DNA of 20,000 bases, taken from positions 57,270 through 77,269 of the forward strand of contig JYFJ02001516.1 in the NCBI GenBank assembly GCA_000934665.2, written 5' to 3'. This DNA comes from Catajapyx aquilonaris (Eukaryota). This document shows, piece by piece, positions 11,038-20,000 of the stretch; position 1 is the stretch's first letter; every line of letters starts with the position of its first letter. A program made the translations under genes and the position numbers. The notes beneath the pieces were generated by a model, which was not told the origin of the DNA, did not search any database, and saw nothing but the letters and a program-made list of their open reading frames with translations.

Positions 11038-13821
11038 CTAACACAAGTATGCCGTCAAACTGAAAACTGTGAGCAACTTGCATTAATTGTCGCCAGTATG
11101 AATCCGTGCAGCCGCCACGTGCAGGGAGTAAAACCGGCGTCACGTGCTTGTCTGAACAGAAATATATTTAAAAACCGGAACCTGGTTTTGAAACACCCGC
11201 ACCACTTGTCCCCCCAAAAAATGGTATCACATTCCGTGCGATTTGCAAAGAAACAATGCGGACCGGAGAGATGCGAACAACGATTGGTAGTCCGCGAATC
11301 GCGACAGTGACTGTTCCTTCCTCATCGAGGGCCGCCCCCCCCTCTCCAAAAAGCTGTCCCCCCCACCCCCTTCTCCCTAGTCCCCCCAATCTATTCCAAC
11401 TCGAGGCTTTCCTGCGCAGGGCTAATAGAAGCCGACAGTGTACACACAAGTTACGACCTAAGCTCTTCCTCTCTACTTAAAAAATAGCCGTTGTCAAAAC
11501 TACACTCGCGAATTCCTGCTGTTTTTTTTAACCCTCCCCGGAAGAGTGGTAGGTCGTGGTACATATCCCTTTGGGCACATCCCGGATGCTGGCTGCATGG
11601 CTATTGGCGCGAAATTGACCGCCACTGGAATATATTCTGGATCGTAGCCGAAAGATGGAGTGCGTGAATGAGACTCATTTGAACCTAGGCGCCGCCTGTT
11701 CAGGGCGGAGGAGAAGTAATTGACGATACGGTACTTGGAGGATCTGGGAGGATTACAGCACTGGAGCTTTTGCATGCCTCGGCAGGGTCGCTAGTTTGCA
11801 GTCTAGTGTGGTTACGTTTGAAGCATTTTGTTAGCTTACTGGGTATTACGACCAGGGTCCCCTACATGGTTGCCTCCCCCACCCTAACCAGGGTATTGTC
11901 TTCACGTAGTCCTTATGCAATCTAGCTCCAATATGGCCGCCCCATGCTGAAGGATAGGGAATTGGCAAGCGATTCGTTTTTGTTTTTTTCAATTGTTTTT
12001 TTTCACTGCATGTAGCTCCTATGTGAATTAGCTCACAGAGTGTGCACTAAGGAGATCGAAATGAGAAAGAGCTAACCACTCGGGCAACATTTGACCCGCA
12101 TCATAAATCACTTCCACTGCTGACCGTTTAGAGCAATTATTATTGACGTGAAAATCATCAGCGGAAAAGGCCTGGATTTTCTGTTGATACCTTTTTTGGG
12201 TCATCCTAACTCTTCGGAGCAACCCGCCACACATTACTGTAAAGTGTAGGCATGACTTCCAGGCTGAAGCATTTTTAAAACTTATCCTGTAGCTGTTCGG
12301 TGCAACCCATGTGACACGTCGATGTGCATGGTGGCCTTACTTTTAGGATGCCACAGAACTTGGCGGGCTTTGATATGAGCCGCTTGCATATTCTCTAATA
12401 CTGTATATTGCATCTAACTAAGCCTGGGAGGAGGGGGGATGCGAGTAGCAGCGTAATATTGATTGCAAGTAAAGGTAGAGGTAGAATCATGTGACTCGGG
12501 GAAACATCCCAAACTGCTACATTTGTGGTTAGTAATCTGTGTGAGCTAGTGGCCACTGTGGAACACATATCGTAAGTGGCAAGTTAGAGCTCACGAAATA
12601 TTCAGAATTAAAACTTTCAGCATCAAATTATGATACTTGGTTCATTATTTATCTTATTATCGGTTTTGGCTTTTTCTAATTTGATATGGTAAGGGGTTTT
12701 TTCAGTTTAAACTCCTTGTCAATAGTGAGGCTGGATTGGGTCAATGTATATACAAAAAAAATTTGACAACCTGTATTCCAAGCTTTTGTAATTCTCCGTC
12801 TTCTAAGCAGTTAATTTTTCGTTAAAAATAAAAGTTAAGTTAAAATTCTCATGCTACTCTGAACACCGAAAGAGTTCCCTGCAACGTAAGGCTTATGCAG
12901 TATAGGCTACAGCAAAGTTGCTAGTTATATTCTATCTAGGTTTACCTTTAAGAAGCTTAGAGAGAAAAAATACTGATTTCCAGCATCCCAACAGGACAAG
13001 CCCTCCTACTTCTATACTTAGAGAGCATCTGAATGTTCTCGGCCACTTTCATTCTCGTGGGATGTACCTCGCCCTAACTTTCAGAATTTTCGGTTGCTTT
13101 AGAGTTTAGACAAGGATATAAAACTTGCATGCAGTTTTCCGCAGAATACGTCTTGCACGCATCACACAGCCCAACTTGAAATGCAGTTCAAAAAGTACAG
13201 TAGCTTAAAATAATGTTGTATACTGTGTAAATTCTCCGTTGAAAAAAATCGAATTCGAAACAATGAAGTACAGTTTTTGACCCATGTTATGACGTTGTAA
13301 TGATGGGGAATACAGTACAACTACTGTATGTAGGAGTCTATGTGATAAAGCTATATCACATCACGACTATTTTCGCCTTTAAAATTTGTTGAAAAATCCC
13401 CACCCTCTCTAACAAAAATGCTACAGGTATTGAAATAGCATGCTAAGTATCCTGTGATTGCACATAATGACTATGCTAATTGAAGCACTTGTCTTACCAT
13501 AGGACCAGCCTTCACACGCAAAGTTCACTGCCAAATGCTGCACCCGTTCAGCATGACGTGTGCTGTCCCTTGGTGACTCCCAAGACTCATGCATACCAAA
13601 AATAAGGAAAAATCAGACAGAAGATAAACCAAACATAAGGAAGAATCCTTATTGCCTGACTTTTCAGGTAATCAAATTGCAAAGTAAGATTTATTCATTA
13701 GTTGAGCAATTGGCGTCTGAGGTGATGGGTAGGTTTTTATTATTATTTTGGGCTTGATCCTCTGCAGCAAAGACATGTTAATTCCATGCATATCATCTAT
13801 AGATATGGAACATTACAGTAA

Positions 13822-14008
13822 TACAGTCTAATAGCTACACCGGATATAAGAGGCATCAAGGGACCATATAAATCGGTATCCTATATAACCGATGTGTCTT
13901 ACGAGATACACAGGCCATATATATGGAAGTATCCGGGACCAGTCTTTCGAGTCTGCTGTAACTTAAGGTTGCTTATAACCAAGGCTCTTATATCAAGAGT
14001 TAACTGTA
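13822..14008. mobile_element. Degenerate pogo/Tigger-type MITE
   Basis: Ends TA-CAGT...ACTG-TA. Subterminal inverted match GATATAAGAG (13843-13852) / CTCTTATATC (13985-13994). Internal GGGACC motifs and TATAACC repeats are typical of arthropod Tc1/pogo MITEs. Confidence 0.7.
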
Positions 14009-14736
14009 TTATGAAAGAATTTGCTAATATTTTCATTCTTTAGCAATACCTGTTTCTGAGTAATTGCTTATTAAATACAACTTAAAGATTTATTATGGTG
14101 TAATAAAATCATTACAGATGAAATAACCTGCACACATGTGTAATACAAGACAGTTTAGTCTAGGTTCAGAATTATTGCAGAAATGGAAACTTTGTATGAT
14201 AGAATTCGTGATTTGCAGGGTCAGCCCAGTGGGTCAGGGTTAAAATAAGTTCATTTATGTATAAGCATCATTATATCAATTATATCAATCTCTTACCCAG
14301 TTTCTGATATTCTTCTTGACATTTTGTTACATACTGTAGTACTGTACTGTACTTATAATCCAGACTCTAGTTTCCTGCAGTTATGGGCTGAGGTGGAGGA
14401 TAGGTGGAGAAGAGAAGATCAGTCAGCTGCTGCTAGGTAGAAGTTATGCAGCACTAAACGTTAGTGGTTAACAATTATTATTTCTCTAGCTGTACTATTG
14501 CATGTGGTACAATATTTATATCAAAAAATGGGAATTCTTTTATTTTTCTATTAGACCTAGTTTACAACACATGAAAACTGGTGGTCTGGGTAACATGCTC
14601 ATCTGTTTTCAACATAAGCAATGTGATCAATGGAAAATTATCACAATTTTCTGCAACATGTCTACTACATCGTACTACGAGTACATGATACAATAGCTGT
14701 CAGGTAGAAGTTGAATTCAATGGGATAGAGTCGTTA

Positions 14737-15670
14737 TACGAGGTCTGTCCAAAAAGTATCCGACCTTTTTTTTCGCGGAAACAAATGAAGTACGGGAGGT
14801 GTTCTCTGGTGGGTATGTGAGGAATACCTTCATGAGTATTCGTGGATTTTTCCCCGCCCCCAGAGAGAGTCAGTCACTGGCAATCAGCTTTGAGTGACCG
14901 AGGGTGCACGGCCACCGTCGGATTTTCATTTTCCCGCGAAAATGACGGAAAGACATGAACTGCGGTACGACCCACGACTCATCACCACTTCACCGGTCAT
15001 CACGGTGTTCAGGATGTCGGGTCACCGTTTGGGGAGTCCAGAATGTCCTGTGCCGAGACTTACAGACGGAGTTGCTTCTGCTCCGATAGTCTGAAGCTTC
15101 TGGACAAATCTCGGGACACACTCCTCAAGGCCTAATTATCTCTCAAAATCAAATGCAACTGAACTAATCCTTATGTCCACCTCGTCCTCAAGTTCTCGGA
15201 CTGTGACACTACAATCCTGCATGACCAAAGTCAAAGCACTTGAATGACTTCGTCATTTCGGGTTGTTAGGGCCTGTCGAAACGTCTCTTTCCACTGATTT
15301 TCGGCCACCTTTGAAGTGGTTGTACCACTTCTGAATATGTGTGATGCCCAGGACATCATCTCCGAAAGCCTGCCGAATCTTCCGAATGGTTTCCACTTGG
15401 ATATTGCCAGGCATTAATGCAAAATATGATGAAGCACCTCTGTCCAAGTTGTTCCGTCATTTTTTGCGGGAAAATGAAAATCCGACGGTTGCCTAGTACC
15501 CTCGGTCACTCAAAGGCTGACTGCCAGTGACTGACTCTCTCTGGGGACAGGATAAAAATCACTAATACACATGAAGGTACTCCACACCTACCCACCTGAG
15601 GACACCTCCCGTGCTTCATTTGTTTCCGCTAAAGAAATAAAGGGCGGATACTTTTTGGCAGAGCTGGGCA
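14737..15670 (-). mobile_element. Rearranged non-autonomous mariner element (irritans-like) with ~220-bp inverted arms, both derived from the 5' end
   Basis: Left end TA-CGAGGTCTGTCCAAAAAGTATCCG (from 14737); degenerate right end CGGATACTTTTTGGCAGAGCTGG (from 15645). Segment 14739-~14950 is the diverged reverse complement of ~15452-15668, and each arm ends in AAAATGACGGAA, the transposase start. The right boundary is approximate. Confidence 0.92.
14965..15460 (-). pseudogene. Mariner transposase N-terminal half, frameshifted and truncated
   Basis: From ATG 15460, across frameshifts: MTEQLGQRCFIIFC / QVETIRKIRQAFGDDVLGITHIQKWYNHFKGGRKSVE (HTH) / VMQDCSVTVRELEDEVDI / RFVQKL (WVPHEL-equivalent linker) / ILNTVMTG + GDESWV (first catalytic Asp motif), after which homology stops. 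Confidence 0.9.
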
Positions 15671-16310
15671 AGCTAACTGATAGCATGGTTTTACTGAGCA
15701 AGTTAGCTGTGCCCGCCTCTGCTTCTTGGACAGCCCTCGTATTGTTCAATGATTCAAGGCCAGTCTGGAAATATTTTAACTTGTCCTTGTATGGGTGTCT
15801 GGAAAGCACACCACCAATACTCAGTATTTATACCCAACATTTACATGCGATTTCTCTTTTGCACATTCACTATTCTGACTCAATCCATATGACATGCCAC
15901 TGCAGTAAAATTATAAGCTTGAGGAGTCTCATCATCACAGGATGGCAGCAAAAAAATTGGCATTATCATGATCAACCTAAATCAGTGCGTTGAATTAACT
16001 AGTAACTAAATCATGAAACTCAAGCCACATTTCAAAGGCACCATCCCAAAGACTAATCAGAATACTGATAACACAAAGTATGGTAGTTTGATATCTGACT
16101 ATAGGTTTTTAAAAGGTGCAACTTTGTACCCTACCGTAACTCCTTGTCACTATCACGATGATGCCAGTGACGTGCCAGTCATCTTCTCACCACGTTGTTG
16201 ACACAAAATGGCAAGGTTATATTGAATTTTAGTGTCTTTTATCATCTTCGGGGAGTAGTAAGCAAAAAATTGCTATGTCCCACAATTACATTTACAATTA
16301 CAATTAATTA

Positions 16311-16582
16311 TAGGGAGACGGAGTGGCGCCGCGGTAACGCGCGCGCCCACGGAAGTTAAGGTCCCGGGTTCACTTCGTTCGGGTGGCAATTTCCGATAGA
16401 CTAAGCCACCCGGGGGAGTTCACAAAATGACCACTACTCGCCCGCGCACATGCACTTTGCACATCCCCTCCTAATTACCTTGGAGCATACTAACAAGATT
16501 AAATCTTGACTCGCTCCAAAAATAATCCCGATGGTGGTAATCCACCCCCCATATATGTGTAGATATGGGGTAATGCAAAAAA
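16311..16582 (+). mobile_element. Second, unrelated tRNA-derived SINE with short A tail and 15-bp TSD
   Basis: A box TGGCGCCGCGG (16324-16334), degenerate B box GGTTCACTTC (16367-16376), 3' stem-loop CCCCATAT/ATATGGGG (16547-16570), A run. TSD AATTACAATTAATTA at 16296-16310 and 16583-16597. Confidence 0.82.
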
Positions 16583-17288
16583 AATTACAATTAATTACTA
16601 CATCTTAATGCCATGGTTGCATCACCTTGCTGATTGAAATGCTTATTCAAATGAAACACATAGCTCTTGCTGTTTTTCTGAGGAATCAAAATATACTGCA
16701 ATCTCACTTTCAACCAATTGGTTACTTACTATCCAATTCAATGTAGCCTTCCATGTTCATGCTTGAGAAAAAATGTACAATGAAACTAAATATTTATCTA
16801 AGTAACATTAGCATTTTCAGAAAACTGATAAATGCAGAGTCTTTCATTATGATCAAAGTGATAGTCCGGATGCCTATACTTACTGTTAGTTCCTTTGCAG
16901 TTGGGATCGGTTTGTGATGAGATCTATCCGTTTCATAAGTACAGGATGTGGAAAATGCCTAAAACGGCATATTTTGTGGTTTTGGGAACTATTTTGCCCA
17001 TCTGCCTTTTTGCGACTTTTCCTGTCTATTTGGCATTTTTTGAGATAGTTTTTGAACTTTTTGAAGCAATTTCGGGACTTTTTAGGCCTATTCCGGACAT
17101 ATTCCTTCAGAGGCATATTTGTTTTTTGCGGAATATTTTTTGTGCTTCTGATGAAAGGACCAAAATCGTTCTGAAGTAATAACTTACTATGAATCATGTT
17201 TCCGTGACGCATGTGCCAAATATCTGACTAAATGCAGGTAAGGGAACAGCAAAGAAATTTGGTTCTCCAAAAAAAAGGTGATGACTTG

Positions 17289-17789
17289 TCATGATTTTAC
17301 TTTCCGATTCTTCTTGGCAAAGAAGGCGTCAACCAGGTACACCACTGCGTTGATGAGGCAAATCGATCCCGTAGCAAGGCCTGCTTTCCATTTCTCCATT
17401 TCCTCGGAGGACTTGTCCATGGCCTTGTCGTGGGCCGCGATCATCATCACACCAGCTGTCAGCATCGCCACCACGCCAACCACATTGTACACGACCTCCA
17501 GGATCGTCTTCTCCCATCCTCCTCCTAAGATGTGTACCACCAGAAGGGGCAGGGTGATAAGGATCATGCCTCCGATTGCCATGTTTCCGACTGTGGTGTG
17601 GTCTAGCTCAAGCTCTAGCGGACGGCCTCTCAGATAACTCATCAGATTGAAGTCAGCTGTACTCAATTGCGCTACTGACCAGAAGGTCAGGGAGTAAGCT
17701 CGGATCAGTATCAAGCACACCACTGCCAGGGTAGTTTCGATGATTTTGAGGTAGACTGTCGGCCTCGTGAGTGTTTCGACTATGCCCAT
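17289..17789 (-). CDS. Four-transmembrane Snakeskin-like (MARVEL-like) protein, 166 aa, intronless CDS
   Basis: ATG in GCC-ATG-G context at 17789; upstream acceptor TTTTTACCCTAG (exon starts ~17830). Four hydrophobic segments. C-terminal AGLATGSICLINAVVYLVD and internal YNVVGVVAMLTAG resemble the Snakeskin family pattern (recalled as G.A.GSLC.I.GALYLLD and NVVG). Too divergent to call the ssk orthologue. Confidence 0.85.
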   Translation of the reverse strand: MGIVETLTRPTVYLKIIETTLAVVCLILIRAYSLTFWSVAQLSTADFNLMSYLRGRPLELELDHTTVGNMAIGGMILITLPLLVVHILGGGWEKTILEVVYNVVGVVAMLTAGVMMIAAHDKAMDKSSEEMEKWKAGLATGSICLINAVVYLVDAFFAKKNRKVKS

Positions 17790-17846
17790 GGCTGGTAGTG
17801 AGATGTTGCCTTGTCCAGCGACTGTGCACACTAGGGTAAAAACCAC

Positions 17847-18813
17847 ACAGTGATGGCCAGTTTAGCGCATTGGTCTCAGTAATACATGAATATCTTCATA
17901 ATATACTTCTTTCTGCGTAGATGTTCTAAAATTATATTTCTAATAACCGAAGTTGTCCCCGTTCACACTGATCAAATTCACTCAAATCTGTCACAGAATG
18001 TGTATAAGTAATACCGGTATATATTTAAATGCACAAAATATACTATTAAAAGACAGTAATGCCCACCCCTTCCAGACAGTGATGGCCATGGCAGCAAAAT
18101 TATAGGCTATCTAAATAATTATATGGACCAAATGATCCTCCCGATCGGTGTAGGCTTAACTGACACGGTGAGATAATGCCCCCCAAAAACCTATACCGGT
18201 TGTAAGGAATACCACTGAATATTGTATTTTGCAACTAGTATTCGTCCCATACAAAAAATAAGAGGCTTTGGCCGTTACCTATGGATTTGCTATTGCTGCG
18301 TATTTCCTCCTAAATCATTGCTGTCATTTCTCTCCAATAATAATTTTCGTGATCATGATACCTAGGCCAAAATATGTGGCATTTAATTTTTTAAAGCCTA
18401 ACACAGTAATGGCCATGCCATGGCCATCACTATGAAACGTCATGATATGCTGGACAGTCATAGCCATCGTAATGAATTCATACTCCTGAACAAAGGGAAT
18501 GGTTTCAATCCCATGCTCCAATGAAGCACCTCTAGACCAATAATTTCACATACCTCACCTTGCTGTCGGAAACATACTTACAATGCAAGAAAGTCCTTAA
18601 GAAAAAAGTTAACATTTACCAGCTGCATTCCAACATGACTAGTAGGTCTCTGTGTCAGATGCCATTACTGCTCTTGAAATGCACGGTGTGGACCTCGTGT
18701 GGACTGATTTTCGACCTAGTTCAAGCCAAGGACCACAGGTGTCACACCATGATCATTTCTTCATGTTATGGCATTTACAAAGATGCAGTGGGCCATCACT
18801 ATATGGCACTGTA
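17847..18813. repeat. Dispersed direct and inverted copies of ACAGTRATGGCCA (probable DNA-transposon subterminal repeats)
   Basis: Direct copies at 17847, 18053, 18076 and 18403; inverted copies at 18421 and 18791, the last followed by ACTG-TA (18808-18813). Confidence 0.5.
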
Positions 18814-19246
18814 TGTTTTACCCTATACCCACCTTCTTCGGCAGCAAAGGGGCAAGTGATGGACCCTCCCTCTGTTTGAGGGTTGGTCAGTTCCCAGCTA
18901 TAGTGACCAATGGAACATGTTTTGATGTTTTGAGTTGAGTGTTGATTGTAACCAGGGAGATTGTAACTTAATGAGTACGTTGCTAAACTCAGCGGCTGCC
19001 GCAGCGAAATAAACAATAAAATAACAATAAGTAACCCAAAGTTTGGCGTATAAGGTTACGTCGGAGGAACACGCCACAGTTAAGCACTTACGCTGGTGCA
19101 GAAGCAAACCTAATGAATCAATATCAAGGCGACCAATGGAGATATCTGTTATGAAACCTTTGCTATACACTCACATACCATAAAAAGTTGATAACGGAAA
19201 AGGGAAATGTTATTTATTAATGTTTGAAGAACACTCCGCAAATGCG

Positions 19247-19640
19247 GCGTCTTCCCCCATGCCTGGGGTAAGACTCCGCAATAGAGGAACTACTGGGGAA
19301 AGATGCATTCTGATATGGTCTGACACAGTCCTATACAGTCAGTCAGTTCACAGGTGATGGAATGAACGTGTTTCGTTTCTTCTTTGCCAGAATTTTTCAT
19401 GTCTTATTGTTGTTGAGTTTTAAGTTTTAACCCAGTTTTAGGTATGTTGCATGCCTTGTTCGGCGGTGTATGACACCGTGACCCTACTAAAGTGTCTAAG
19501 ATATCTGGCAGATAATATTATTTAAATTAAGTTTATTGGCTTCATCAAGGCAGTGCATGGTGCATCCTGCCCCTATGTTAACTCATTGGCATCTTACCCC
19601 AGTCCACATGTGCTGGCATCTTCCCCCAATGTCAGGGGTA
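19247..19640. mobile_element. MITE-like element with reiterated GCATCTTMCCCCA / TGGGGWAAGATGC subterminal motifs
   Basis: ACTGGGGAAAGATGC (19292-19306) versus GCATCTTACCCCAGT (19589-19603), 14/15 complementary. Further copies at 19247, 19264, 19561 and 19616. Confidence 0.55.
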
Positions 19641-19737
19641 TAGAAAGCGAAAAATTATTGCGTCGTACCTTTTTAAGCAGCACCCCTGAAATTCAACATG
19701 CTACATTGCTCACATCCCATTTCTAAAGTAACTAATC

Positions 19738-19950
19738 ATGAGAGGAATATTTATTGGAGTAACTTAGACAATGATGATTCAAGTCCCAAGAAAGGTGAAG
19801 CTTTAATGTCAGTTTTTAGGGAGTTTGAAGACATATTTCAATGAGAATATGGTCCATGTATACCAATTTAATCGAACATGGCATAGACACTGGTGAGGCC
19901 AGGACAACATGTCGTCCATATAAGGTTCCCGAGTTTTTAAAATCGTCTTT
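19738..19950 (+). mobile_element. Degenerate Ty3/gypsy pol fragment (segment just upstream of the RT domain)
   Basis: EALMSVFREFEDIFQ* (from 19797), then a frameshift to TNLIEHGIDTGEARTTCRPYKVPEFLK (from 19862). This matches the gypsy H-x-I-D-T-G-x-A-x-P...R-P-Y-R-V-P motif. Confidence 0.8.
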
Positions 19951-20000
19951 GAACACACTGGGATTTTTAACAATCTTCATCGAAATACAGACAACTAGAC

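Noticed and set aside
10364..11041. 225-aa plus-strand ORF
   Set aside because: Ser-rich antisense shadow of the GC-rich minus-strand exon.
11500..11775. 91-aa minus-strand ORF as an upstream coding exon
   Set aside because: No recognisable homology and no convincing in-phase donor linking it to 11037.
16886..17212. Overlapping Phe-rich and Lys-rich ORFs
   Set aside because: Products of T-run-rich low-complexity sequence, probably a repeat relic; no termini or homology recognised.
17278..17637. 119-aa plus-strand ORF
   Set aside because: Antisense shadow of the Snakeskin-like CDS.
17790..17846. 19-aa N-terminal extension of the four-TM ORF
   Set aside because: Non-ATG start that crosses a splice acceptor; the ATG at 17789 has a good Kozak context.

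Overview
Eukaryotic genomic DNA, most likely arthropod (insect-like), AT-rich and mostly non-coding. Two minus-strand host genes are visible: an intronless four-TM Snakeskin/MARVEL-like CDS (17289-17789) and the first coding exon of a type II membrane protein resembling M13 peptidases (neprilysin/ECE; 10332-10878), whose intron probably fills the rest of the window leftwards. The remainder carries transposon debris: two different tRNA-derived SINEs with clear target-site duplications, a rearranged mariner with two 5' ends, several MITE/hairpin elements, a Ty3/gypsy pol relic and a marked excess of TACAGTA/TACTGTA heptamers resembling Tc1/mariner excision footprints. I see no CRISPR, rRNA or prokaryotic system, and no demonstrably new biological system. 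The best leads are the footprint excess, the foldback mariner and the odd 5' architecture of the M13-like exon. All counts and alignments were done by eye.
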